From: an uncultured Holophagales bacterium
GTDB taxonomy: Bacteria; Acidobacteriota; Thermoanaerobaculia; UBA5066
Direction: 5' to 3'
NCBI GenBank assembly: GCA_964636395.1
Contig: CAZWRQ010000003.1
Span: forward strand, 1 to 49,019
Length of the DNA stretch: 49,019 nt
The notes under the pieces: model-generated
Told to the model about the DNA's origin: nothing
Databases searched by the model: none
The model's input: the letters and a program-made list of their open reading frames with translations, nothing else
Shown here: positions 7,774 through 16,198 of the stretch, one piece after another
Position numbering within the stretch: position 1 is the first letter of the stretch
How the letters are laid out: every line of letters starts with the position of its first letter
Made by a program: the position numbers and the translations under genes

Positions 7774-9606
7774 TCAGTCTTCCGTCTTCGGCTCTTCGGC
7801 GGGGGCTTCGGCCACGACGGGCGCCGGCTCCTCGGCAGCCGGCTCGTCGGAGGTGCCCTCCTCGGACGCCGCCGTCGGCTCTGCCGGAAGGGTCTCTTCC
7901 CCGGACGCGCTCTCCGGTGCGGCCTCGGCCTCGGGTGCGGCGGCCGCTGCTGCAGCCGCTGCCGCTGCCGCGAGCTCCGCCGGGTCGGGCTGCGGGACGT
8001 CCCGCATGGAGAGCCCGATCCGCTGCTCGTCGACCTCGATACGGAGGATGCGGACCCGCACGGGATCGCCCTCGGAGAAAACGTCCGTGAGCTTCTGCCC
8101 GCGCAAGACGTCGGTCTCGGAGACGTGCATCAGCCCTTCGAGGCCGAGAGGCAGGCGGACGAAGACGCCGAAGTCGGCGACCTTGGCCACCTGTCCGTCG
8201 ACGACGTCGCCGGGCTGGTGCTCGCGGGAGAACTCCTCCCACTCGTTCGGGCGGAACTCCTTGATGGAGAGGCTGATCCGGCGGTTCTCGACGTCGATGG
8301 CGGTGAGCACGGCCTGGATCTGGTCGCCCTTCTTCAGGACCTCGGACGGGTGCTTGACGCGCCTGCCCCAGGACATGTCGGAGATGTGGACGAGGCCGTC
8401 GATCCCCTCCTCGATCTCGACGAACGCGCCGAAGTCGGTCAGGTTCCGTACGACGCCCTGCACGCGGTCGCCGATCCGGAACTTCTCTGCGAGCTGCTCC
8501 CAGGGGTTCGGCTCCGTCGCGCGCAGCGAGAGCGAGAGGCGACGGGTTTCGGGGTTGACGTCGGCGATGACCGCTTCGACGGTGTCCCCCACCGAGAGGA
8601 GCTTGGCGGGGTTCTTGACCTTCTTCGTCCAGGACATCTCGCTGACGTGGATGAGGCCCTCGACCCCTTCCTCCAGCTCGATGAAGGCGCCGTAGTCGGT
8701 GAGGGAGACGACCTTTCCGCGGACGCGGGCCCCGACCGGGTAGTGAGCCGGGAGGTCCTGCCACGGATCGGGCTTGAGCTGCTTCATGCCGAGGGAGATC
8801 CGGCCCGACTCCGCGTCGAACTTGAGGACCTTCACCTCGACCCCCTGACCGACGTGCAGGGCCTCGGACGGATGCCCGAGCCGGCCCCACGAGATGTCGG
8901 TCACGTGCAGGAGCCCGTCGATCCCGCCCAGGTCGACGAACGCGCCGTACTCGGTCAGGTTCTTCACGACGCCGTGGAGGGTGCGGCCGTCGGCGAGCGC
9001 CTGGGCGGCCTCGGCCTTCTTCGCCTCGGCGACCTCCTCCATGAGCGCCTTGCGCGAGAGGACGATGTTCCCGCGCTTCTTGTCGAAGCTGACGATCCGG
9101 AACTCGAGCTCGCGGCCACGGAGGACGTCGAGGTTCTTCAGGGGGCGGATGTCGGCGAGCGATCCCGGCAGGAAAGCCCGCACGCCGATGTCGACGGACA
9201 GGCCGCCTTTCACGCGCTCGAGAACCTTCCCCTTGACCGCCACGTTGTCCTTGAAGGCCACCTCGATGGCGTCCCACGCGCGGATGCGGCGGGCCTTCTC
9301 GTGAGAGAGGACGACGTAGCCCGAAGCGTCCTCGCGACGGTCGACGATCGCGTCGATCTCCTGTCCGGCCTGCGGGAGGCGATCCGGCGAGTGGTTGAAC
9401 TCCGACCGCGGGATCATCCCCTCCGACTTGTAGCCGATGTCGACGAGGATCTCGTCGTTCGTGACCTGGATGACACGCCCGCGGATCAGCTCTCCCTCGG
9501 CGAGGGAACGCTCGCTCTCTGCGAGCAGGCGCGCGAACTCTCCGTTCCCGTCGCCAGCCTCCTCCGTCTTCCGGATGGGCGTGATCTTCTGGTCCTCCGA
9601 CGGCAT
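7774..9606 (-). CDS. rpsA: 30S ribosomal protein S1
   Basis: Six tandem S1/OB repeats (for example G.VV.LTDYGAFIELEEGVEGLIHVSEMSW). The track ORF starts at GTG 9615, but that GTG lies inside the AAGGTGG Shine-Dalgarno. The ATG at 9604-9606 sits 5 nt downstream of it. About 80-aa Ala/Glu/Pro-rich C-terminal tail. Confidence 0.95.
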   Translation of the reverse strand: MPSEDQKITPIRKTEEAGDGNGEFARLLAESERSLAEGELIRGRVIQVTNDEILVDIGYKSEGMIPRSEFNHSPDRLPQAGQEIDAIVDRREDASGYVVLSHEKARRIRAWDAIEVAFKDNVAVKGKVLERVKGGLSVDIGVRAFLPGSLADIRPLKNLDVLRGRELEFRIVSFDKKRGNIVLSRKALMEEVAEAKKAEAAQALADGRTLHGVVKNLTEYGAFVDLGGIDGLLHVTDISWGRLGHPSEALHVGQGVEVKVLKFDAESGRISLGMKQLKPDPWQDLPAHYPVGARVRGKVVSLTDYGAFIELEEGVEGLIHVSEMSWTKKVKNPAKLLSVGDTVEAVIADVNPETRRLSLSLRATEPNPWEQLAEKFRIGDRVQGVVRNLTDFGAFVEIEEGIDGLVHISDMSWGRRVKHPSEVLKKGDQIQAVLTAIDVENRRISLSIKEFRPNEWEEFSREHQPGDVVDGQVAKVADFGVFVRLPLGLEGLMHVSETDVLRGQKLTDVFSEGDPVRVRILRIEVDEQRIGLSMRDVPQPDPAELAAAAAAAAAAAAPEAEAAPESASGEETLPAEPTAASEEGTSDEPAAEEPAPVVAEAPAEEPKTED

Positions 9607-9698
9607 GAATTCCACCTTCTCGAGGGCTCGCGGAGACGGCTCAAGGGTCTTGAGTTAGCGGCCCGAACCGGGAATGTTAGACGGGAGGCTTCGACAGG

Positions 9699-10373
9699 TC
9701 AACCGGCTCGGGGGCCGAGGACGAGCCTTCGAAGCCTCTCCACGACCTCTCCCGCCGAGAGGTCGGAGGTGTCGACGACGACGTAGGTCTCGTCGCAGGA
9801 GAGGGGCGAGTCGGCGCGGGACGAGTCGGCCTCGTCGCGCGCCTCCATCTCGATCCGGACGGCGGCCAGCTCCTGGGGAGTCCCCTTTCGGACGAGCTCC
9901 TCGTACCGCCTTCGGGCCCGCAACTCGGGCCGCGCCGTCAGGAAGAACTTCGCGGTCGCTTCGGGGACGACCCGCGTCCCGATGTCCCGCCCTTCGAGGA
10001 CGCCGCCTCCGGCGAGGGCCATCTCGCGCTGCCGCGCCGCGAGGCGCCGGCGGACCCGCGGGATCGCGGCGACGGCCGAGGCGTAGCGCGAGATCTCCGG
10101 CTCCCGGATCTCGTCAGAGACGTCCTCGCCGTCCAGGAACGTCCGGACGTCGTCGCCGGACCCGGTCACGAGGATCTCGGCCCGCTCCGCCAGGGCGCCC
10201 GCCTCGTCTGCCTCGGCGATCGGGAGGGTCAGCCCCTTCCGCCTCGCGAGAAGGCCGACCGCGCGGTACATCGCGCCGGTGTCGAGGTAGGGAACGCCGA
10301 GGCTCGCGGCCAGGGCCTTCCCCACCGTCGACTTGCCGACGCCGGAGGGACCGTCGATTGCGACGACGATCAT
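9699..10373 (-). CDS. cmk: Cytidylate kinase
   Basis: Last 224 codons of track ORF 9699..10691: MIVVAIDGPSGVGKSTVGKALA...YLDTGAMYRA. The ATG overlaps the hisC stop (ATGA at 10370-10373). Confidence 0.93.
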   Translation of the reverse strand: MIVVAIDGPSGVGKSTVGKALAASLGVPYLDTGAMYRAVGLLARRKGLTLPIAEADEAGALAERAEILVTGSGDDVRTFLDGEDVSDEIREPEISRYASAVAAIPRVRRRLAARQREMALAGGGVLEGRDIGTRVVPEATAKFFLTARPELRARRRYEELVRKGTPQELAAVRIEMEARDEADSSRADSPLSCDETYVVVDTSDLSAGEVVERLRRLVLGPRAG

Positions 10374-11515
10374 CCGGCGCCGACGGGGACGGCGGCCGCC
10401 GACAGCCCGAGCTTCCCGGCTGCGAGGAGGTCGTCGAAAACCGCCAGGAAACGGAGGTTCTCGTCGCGAGTCCCCACCGAGACACGGAACGCCAGCGGGA
10501 AGCCCCATCCCCCCATCGGGCGCAGGATCACGCCCCGGCGGGCGAACTCCGGCTCGAGCGGCCCGAACGGGATCGGAAGCTCGACGAGGAGGAAGTTGCC
10601 GAGCGACGGGTTGACGACGGCCTGCCGCCGGGCGAGCTCGGTCGCGAGGAACGCCCGTTCCGTCCGGACGAGCGACACGGTCCGCTCGCAATGCTCGTCG
10701 TCCTCCAGCGCGGCGATCGCGGCGACCTGGGCCACGACGGTCGTGTTGAACGGCTCTCGTACTTTGTTGATCGCGGCGGCGATCTCGGGCGTCGTGAAAC
10801 CGTAGCCGATCCGGAAGCCCGCGAGTCCGTAGGCCTTGGAGAACGTCCGGAGGACGAGGACGTTCCTCCCCTTCCGCAGCTCGTCGAGACCGTTCGGGTA
10901 GTCGGCGACCTCCCGCGCGAACTCGTGGTACGCCTCGTCGACGACGGCCACGACGTGCTCAGGAAGTCCCTCGAAGAAACGCTCGAGGTCGGCCTTCGGG
11001 ACGTAGGCGCCCGTCGGGTTGTTCGGGTTCGCGATCGCGACGACCTTCGTCGCGGGTCCGATTCGCCTCTTCAGCGCGTCGAGGTCCGGGACGTACCCGG
11101 ACTTCGTCGGGACCTCCACGACCGTGCCGCCGGCCCGCCCGACCGCGACCGGGAACATCCGGAAGATCCCCTGCGGAACGACGACCTCGTCGCCCGGGTC
11201 GACGAACGCGCGCATGCAGAGGTCGATCAGCTCCGAGGAGCCCGACCCGACGACGACCTGCTCGCTCGGGAAGCCGAAGCGAGACGACAGCGCCCTCCGG
11301 AGGTAGGTGGCCGAGCCGTCCGGGTAGAAGTTCACTCCGGACGCGGCTGCCACCGCGGCCGCGACGCCCTTCGGAGAGGGGCCGAGCGGGTTCTCGTTGG
11401 AAGCGAGCTTGACGGCTCCGGCGATCCCGTATTCGCGCTCCACCTCCTCGATGGGGCGTCCCGGGACGTAGGGGGCGAGCTTTGCGATCGAAGGTCGCGG
11501 AGAGGGCTTCATCAC
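10370..11515 (-). CDS. hisC: Histidinol-phosphate aminotransferase
   Basis: KLASNENPLGPSP motif and PLP-lysine region RTFSKAYGLAGFRIGY. GTG at 11515 (GTGA overlap with the rluB stop) or the adjacent ATG at 11512. Confidence 0.9.
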   Translation of the reverse strand: MMKPSPRPSIAKLAPYVPGRPIEEVEREYGIAGAVKLASNENPLGPSPKGVAAAVAAASGVNFYPDGSATYLRRALSSRFGFPSEQVVVGSGSSELIDLCMRAFVDPGDEVVVPQGIFRMFPVAVGRAGGTVVEVPTKSGYVPDLDALKRRIGPATKVVAIANPNNPTGAYVPKADLERFFEGLPEHVVAVVDEAYHEFAREVADYPNGLDELRKGRNVLVLRTFSKAYGLAGFRIGYGFTTPEIAAAINKVREPFNTTVVAQVAAIAALEDDEHCERTVSLVRTERAFLATELARRQAVVNPSLGNFLLVELPIPFGPLEPEFARRGVILRPMGGWGFPLAFRVSVGTRDENLRFLAVFDDLLAAGKLGLSAAAVPVGAG

Positions 11516-12324
11516 TCCTCCTTGCGGCGCCGGCGGCGCGCCGTGGGGCTCGTGGCAACGCGTCGGGCGGCCGGGCGCGCGGCGGGCTGGATCGCGCGAA
11601 GCGCCGCGACCTCCGCCGGGCTGAGGTCGCGGAATCCGCCGACGGGGATCTTCGCGTCGCGGAGCGGGCCGATCGCGACGCGCCGGAGCTTCGAGACCTT
11701 GTGTCCGACCGACTCCAGCATCCGGCGGACCTGGCGCGAGCGCCCCTCGCCGAGAACGACGCGGAGCCAGGCGTTCCCGCCGACGCCGTCTTTCTCGGGG
11801 GTCGTCTCGGTCAGCTCGACCGTCGCGGGAGCGGTCTTCGTGCCGTCGAGGAGGACCCCGCGCGCGAGCTTCGCGATCCGGGCGGGAGTCGGGACGCCGG
11901 AGACCTTCACCTCGTATTCCTTCTGGCAGCCGCCCGACGGGTGTGCGATCCGGTGTGCGAGGGCCCCGTCGTTCGTGAGGAGGAGGAGGCCCTCCGAGTC
12001 GAAGTCGAGCCGCCCCACCGGGACGACCGGCTCCGAGACGCGGGTCCCGAGCAGGTGATAGACGGTGGGCCGGTGCTGCGGGTCGTCCCGGGTGACGACG
12101 ACGCCCCGGGGCTTGTTCATCAGGATGTAGCGATGGGACGCGGCCGGGCGGATCCTCTTTCCGTCCACCTTCACGTGGTCGACCGCGGGGTCGGCCTTCG
12201 TGCCGAGCTCGCGGACTACCGTCCCGTTCACCGTGACACGACCTTCGAGGATCATCTCCTCGGCGGCGCGGCGCGACGCGACACCCGCCGCCGCGAGGAC
12301 CTTCTGGAGGCGTTCAGCCGTCAT
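11512..12324 (-). CDS. rluB: 23S rRNA pseudouridine synthase, RsuA/RluB family
   Basis: S4 domain RLQKVLAAAGVASRRAAEEMILEGRVTVNG and catalytic motif GRLDFDSEGLLLLTNDG, with a basic C-terminal tail. The start is taken as the ATG at 12322-12324, 5 nt after the scpB stop. The longer track ORF (to 12456) overlaps scpB. Confidence 0.9.
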   Translation of the reverse strand: MTAERLQKVLAAAGVASRRAAEEMILEGRVTVNGTVVRELGTKADPAVDHVKVDGKRIRPAASHRYILMNKPRGVVVTRDDPQHRPTVYHLLGTRVSEPVVPVGRLDFDSEGLLLLTNDGALAHRIAHPSGGCQKEYEVKVSGVPTPARIAKLARGVLLDGTKTAPATVELTETTPEKDGVGGNAWLRVVLGEGRSRQVRRMLESVGHKVSKLRRVAIGPLRDAKIPVGGFRDLSPAEVAALRAIQPAARPAARRVATSPTARRRRRKEE

Positions 12325-13219
12325 GGCGCTCCTCTCCTCGTGCGGCTTCGTCGCCGGGCACGGGTCCGGCTTCCCCGGCGCGCTCCGCGCCGCCGGGCGC
12401 GGGCTCCGGCGCCGGGGCCTCTCCACCCGGGCCGGGCGGCTCGCCTTCCGCGGCATTCTCGCCCGCAGGCTCGCCCTCCTCGACCTCCTCCACCTCTCCG
12501 GTCGCCTCGTCGACGTGGAACAGCTCCACCTGGGCCGGGTCGGGCTTCGGCGCTTCGAGGCCGTAGATCGCCTCCAGCTCCTCCGGCTTCGGCAGGTCGC
12601 CCAGCCCCTTCAGGCCGAAGTGGACGAGGAACTCCTTCGTCGTCTTGTAGAGGAACGGCGTGCCGACGACCTCTTTCCTCCCGGCCGTCGTGATCAGCTT
12701 CCTGTCGAGGAGCGTGCGGATCGAGGAGGAGGAGTTCACGGCTCGCAGCTCGGCGATCTCCGGCCCGGTCACAGGCTGCCGGTACGCCACGATCGCGAGG
12801 GTCTCGAGCGCCGCCATCGAGAGCTTCGTCTTTCCGTCCAGGCCGAGGAGCCGGCGGACGGGGTAATCGTACTCGGGGCGCGACACGAGGCGGACGCCTC
12901 CGGCGACCCGGTCGAGCCGGACGCCCCGCCCGGAAGAAGCGCAGGCCGCCTCGAGGGCCTCGAGCGCCCGCACGACGAGCTCCTCGGAGAGCTCCGCGGC
13001 CTCGGCCAGCTTGTCGAGCGCGATCGGCTTGGAGGAGGCGAAGAGGAGGGCCTCGACGAGGGGCAGGGCCTCCTCCAGCTCCGCGTCGCCGGGGGCGGCG
13101 GCCGCCGGCTCGTCCTCGGCGAGAGCGTGCACCGTCTCCGGCTCCGCGTCGGGCGACGGCTCGGGGCCGGTGTCGGGCACGGTGGGCTCCGGGTTCGTAT
13201 CGTCTCGGTCGTCCGTCAT
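12314..13219 (-). CDS. scpB: Segregation and condensation protein B
   Basis: LVEALLFASSKPIALDKLAE...GVRLDRVAGGVRLVSRPEY...LSMAALETLAIVAYRQPVT is typical ScpB winged-helix sequence. It follows scpA and has acidic/Pro-rich N- and C-terminal extensions. Confidence 0.9.
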   Translation of the reverse strand: MTDDRDDTNPEPTVPDTGPEPSPDAEPETVHALAEDEPAAAAPGDAELEEALPLVEALLFASSKPIALDKLAEAAELSEELVVRALEALEAACASSGRGVRLDRVAGGVRLVSRPEYDYPVRRLLGLDGKTKLSMAALETLAIVAYRQPVTGPEIAELRAVNSSSSIRTLLDRKLITTAGRKEVVGTPFLYKTTKEFLVHFGLKGLGDLPKPEELEAIYGLEAPKPDPAQVELFHVDEATGEVEEVEEGEPAGENAAEGEPPGPGGEAPAPEPAPGGAERAGEAGPVPGDEAARGEERHDG

Positions 13220-13223
13220 CGTC

Positions 13224-14030
13224 TCAGCGGTATTCCTCTTCGTACCCGTCGAGCGTCAGGTTCTCGCCCGTCGGCTCGAGGTAGATCTCTCCGAACTCCT
13301 CCGTCTGGAGCGCACGGACCAGGAGGAGACGGAGGAGCTCGAGGACGGCGAGGAAGACCGCGATCGCCTCCGCGCGCCCCGTGAGCCCCCGGAAGACCTC
13401 CGTCAGCGCGACGCGTCCCGTCTCGCGGACCCGTCCCGCCATGTCCTCCATCTTCTCCCGGATGGAGAACCTTTGGGCGGCGATCGCCATCGCGGGCGGG
13501 TGAAGCGCCCTGAAGCGGTCGACGGCTCCCTTGAAGAGAGTGAGGAGGTCGAAGAGCGAGACGTCGGAAAGGTCCGTCTCCTCCTCCTCGGGCTCGGCCT
13601 CGGGACGGTACGCGGGCCTCGGGTGCATCCCGATCCGCTCCGCCTCGTAGACGTGGAGCGTCTCGGCGACCCCCTTGAACTTCCGGTACTGCAGCAGGCG
13701 GTTGACGAGCTCCTCCCGCGGGTCGGGAGCGTCCCCGCCTTCGATCGACGGGTTCCGCGGGAGGACCATCTGGCTCTTGATCTGGACGAGGAGGGCCTCG
13801 ACGTAGAGGAACTCCGCGGCGACCTCGAGGTCCAGCTCCTGCATGAGGACGAGGTACTCGTGGTACTGCCGGCAGATGTCGGCGACCGGGATGTTCCGGA
13901 GATCGATCTCGTCCTTGCGGATCAGGTGGAGGAGGAGGTCGAGCGGCCCGTCGAACTGCGGCAGGTGGACCGGGTAGGGCTGGACGAGCTCCGCGCCGGG
14001 GGGGATCGGGATCCGGATGCCTTCGGCCAC
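13224..14030 (-). CDS. scpA: Segregation and condensation protein A (kleisin)
   Basis: FDGPLDLLLHLIRKDEIDLRNIPVADICRQYHEYL N-terminal signature. GTG start at 14030. Confidence 0.92.
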   Translation of the reverse strand: MAEGIRIPIPPGAELVQPYPVHLPQFDGPLDLLLHLIRKDEIDLRNIPVADICRQYHEYLVLMQELDLEVAAEFLYVEALLVQIKSQMVLPRNPSIEGGDAPDPREELVNRLLQYRKFKGVAETLHVYEAERIGMHPRPAYRPEAEPEEEETDLSDVSLFDLLTLFKGAVDRFRALHPPAMAIAAQRFSIREKMEDMAGRVRETGRVALTEVFRGLTGRAEAIAVFLAVLELLRLLLVRALQTEEFGEIYLEPTGENLTLDGYEEEYR

Positions 14031-14088
14031 GGCTCCCCCTAGCGCGCCGAAACCACACGGGTCCGGCGGATCGGGCTCGGCGACACCC

Positions 14089-15084
14089 TCAAAGCAGCTT
14101 CATCGCGCCGGAGACGGCCTTCATCGTCTCGGTCGCCAGGGCGCGCGCCTTCGCGCCCCCCTCCTCGAGGATCTCGCGGACGAGCCCCGGCTTCGCCGTG
14201 ATCTCGGCCCGCTTCGCGCGGACCGGCTCGAGGGCCGCATTCATGTTCCGGATCAGCCACTTCTTGCAGTCGACGCAGCCGAGAGTCGCCGTCCGGCAGC
14301 CGCGGTCGATCTCCGCGCACTCTTCCCTGGAGGAGTAGAGGCGGTGGAACGGGAAGAGGTTGCACTCGTCCGGGTTGCCCGGGTCGGACCGGCGCGCGCG
14401 ACGCGGGTCGGTCACCATCGACATGACCTTCTTTGCCACGTCGTCCGCCGAGTCGGAGAGCGCGATCGTGTTCTCGTAGCTCTTCGACATCTTCCGGCCG
14501 TCGAGGCCGGGCACCTTCGGCGTCTGGGTGAAGAGCGCCTGGGGCTCCGGGAAGACCTCCCCGTAGAGACCGTTGAAACGGCGGACGATCTCGCGGCAGA
14601 TCTCGAGGTGACTCTCCTGGTCCTTCCCCACGGGGACGTAGTGGCCGCGGTAGAGCGCGATGTCGGCCGTCATCAGGACCGGGTAGCCGAGGAACCCGTA
14701 GGTGCCGAGGTCCTTCTCACGCAGCTCCTGGAGCTGCTCTTTGTACGTCGGCACCCGCTCGAGCCAGCCGAGGGGGGTGAACATCCCGAAGACGAGCGCG
14801 AGCTCCGCCGTCTGCGGCACCTGCGACTGCACGAAGACGACCGCCTTCTCCGGGTCGAGCCCCACGGAGAGCCAGTCGGTCACGGCCTCGAGGGTCGCCT
14901 CGCGAATCGCCGACGTGTCGGCGTAGTCGGTCGTCAGGGCGTGGAGGTCGGCCACGAAGTACCGGCACTCGTACCGGTCCTGCAGGTCGACCCAGTTCTT
15001 CACCGCGCCCCAGTAGTTGCCGAGGTGGACGCGCCCCGTGGGCCTGAGGCCCGAGAGGACGATCTTCTTAGCCGGTTCGCTCAA
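14089..15084 (-). CDS. trpS: Tryptophan--tRNA ligase
   Basis: GLRPTGRVHLGNYWGA (HIGH-type motif) and KMSKS. The track ORF extends to 15201 but overlaps the M50 gene. The likely start is the TTG at 15082-15084, overlapping the M50 stop (TTGA). Confidence 0.92.
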   Translation of the reverse strand: MSEPAKKIVLSGLRPTGRVHLGNYWGAVKNWVDLQDRYECRYFVADLHALTTDYADTSAIREATLEAVTDWLSVGLDPEKAVVFVQSQVPQTAELALVFGMFTPLGWLERVPTYKEQLQELREKDLGTYGFLGYPVLMTADIALYRGHYVPVGKDQESHLEICREIVRRFNGLYGEVFPEPQALFTQTPKVPGLDGRKMSKSYENTIALSDSADDVAKKVMSMVTDPRRARRSDPGNPDECNLFPFHRLYSSREECAEIDRGCRTATLGCVDCKKWLIRNMNAALEPVRAKRAEITAKPGLVREILEEGGAKARALATETMKAVSGAMKLL

Positions 15085-15755
15085 GAGGGACCTCCGAGAA
15101 GGAGCTGGAAGACGAGCCTCATCGGAGGCCTCAGGAGGTGCGACAGCGCCCCCGTGAAGATCGCCACGACGAGGAGGACGAACCCGTAGCGCCGCAACCA
15201 CATCACGCCGCGGGTCCAGCGGGCGGGAGCGAAGCTCTCGACGACGCCGAAGCCGTCGAGGGGCGGGATCGGGACGAGGTTGAAGATACCGAGCGAGACG
15301 TTCACGGCCACCGAGAACAGCGCCACGAGGAGGAGCGGGTAGAGGATCGACGTCCGCAGCTCGGCGCCCGTCGGCGCGACCGCGCGCAGAACGAAGAACG
15401 CGACCGCTGCGAGGAGCGCCACGGCGAAGTTCGAGAGCGGCCCGGCGGCCGAGACGAGGAGGTTCGCCCGGCGCGGGTTCCGAACGCCGTGGAGCGAGAC
15501 CGGGACCGGTTTCGCCCAGCCGAAGACCGGCGCGCCCGTGAACGCGAGGAGGGCCGGCACGAGGAGGCTCCCGAACAGGTCGACGTGCTTCAGGGGGTTC
15601 AGCGTGATCCGTCCGAGGTCCCGGGCGGTGGTGTCGCCGCAGCGCAGGGCCATCCAGCCGTGCGCGGACTCGTGCACGGAGACCGCGAACAGGAGGGCGG
15701 CCACCTGGATGACGATCTCGAGGACCTTTTCGGGGGAGACGGGCGCGTCGGGCAC
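15081..15755 (-). CDS. Site-2 protease family zinc metalloprotease (peptidase M50), minimal form
   Basis: HExxH in a TM helix (VHESAHGWMAL) and a second M50 motif FNLVPIPPLDGF. Polytopic, 224 aa, with no PDZ or CBS domain. Confidence 0.88.
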   Translation of the reverse strand: MPDAPVSPEKVLEIVIQVAALLFAVSVHESAHGWMALRCGDTTARDLGRITLNPLKHVDLFGSLLVPALLAFTGAPVFGWAKPVPVSLHGVRNPRRANLLVSAAGPLSNFAVALLAAVAFFVLRAVAPTGAELRTSILYPLLLVALFSVAVNVSLGIFNLVPIPPLDGFGVVESFAPARWTRGVMWLRRYGFVLLVVAIFTGALSHLLRPPMRLVFQLLLGGPS

Positions 15756-15782
15756 GGCAGGAACGTCCGAAAACGCCCGATC

Positions 15783-16157
15783 CTACGTGCCCCCCGAGGG
15801 GGCGTCAAACGGCACGCCGGACGCGCGCCGCTCGGCGGCGAGCCCTTCCTCGACGGTTCGATAGTGGCCGAAGCGGCCGGCGGCGACGCTTTGTGCGAGG
15901 AACGGGTTCTGCTCGCTCACCCCCGCCAGCGCGAGCGACCCGCCCGAGGCGGCGAAGCGCCCCTGCTCACGCATCAGTACGGCGACGATGGTCGTCGGGA
16001 GGGCGGTGCAGGCGGACAGGTCGACCACGCAGCGAAGGGCGCCGTTCTCGCGGGCGACCCGGAGGTATTCCGTGATCGTCGACGCCTCGGTCAGCGTCAC
16101 GTCGCCCCGGACCTTCAGCGCGGCGACCGATCCATCGGTCTCGAGGGAGAGCTCCAC
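15783..16157 (-). CDS. STAS domain protein (anti-sigma-factor antagonist-like)
   Basis: VAALKVRGDVTLTEASTITEYL...RCVVDLSACTALPTTIVAVLM...GGSLALAGVSEQ matches the SpoIIAA/RsbV-type STAS pattern. GTG start. Confidence 0.75.
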   Translation of the reverse strand: MELSLETDGSVAALKVRGDVTLTEASTITEYLRVARENGALRCVVDLSACTALPTTIVAVLMREQGRFAASGGSLALAGVSEQNPFLAQSVAAGRFGHYRTVEEGLAAERRASGVPFDAPSGGT

Positions 16158-16198
16158 CCCCGGAGGATGCCACAGCGACCCGCGGGCGCGCCCCTCTG

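Noticed and set aside
7936-7974. GCN trinucleotide repeat.
   Set aside because: It is not an independent repeat element. It is the in-frame poly-Ala coding tract of the S1 C-terminal tail.
7510-9786. 758-aa plus-strand ORF, with further long ORFs (7613..9277 minus, 7853..8695 plus) covering the rpsA region.
   Set aside because: These are antisense or alternative frames of a textbook S1 gene. Their low-complexity Arg/Asp/Leu/Gly composition is typical of open frames in ~70% GC DNA.
9674-12058. 794-aa plus-strand ORF opposite cmk, hisC and rluB.
   Set aside because: The Arg/Pro-rich translation has no recognisable domain. The opposite strand encodes three clearly conserved enzymes.
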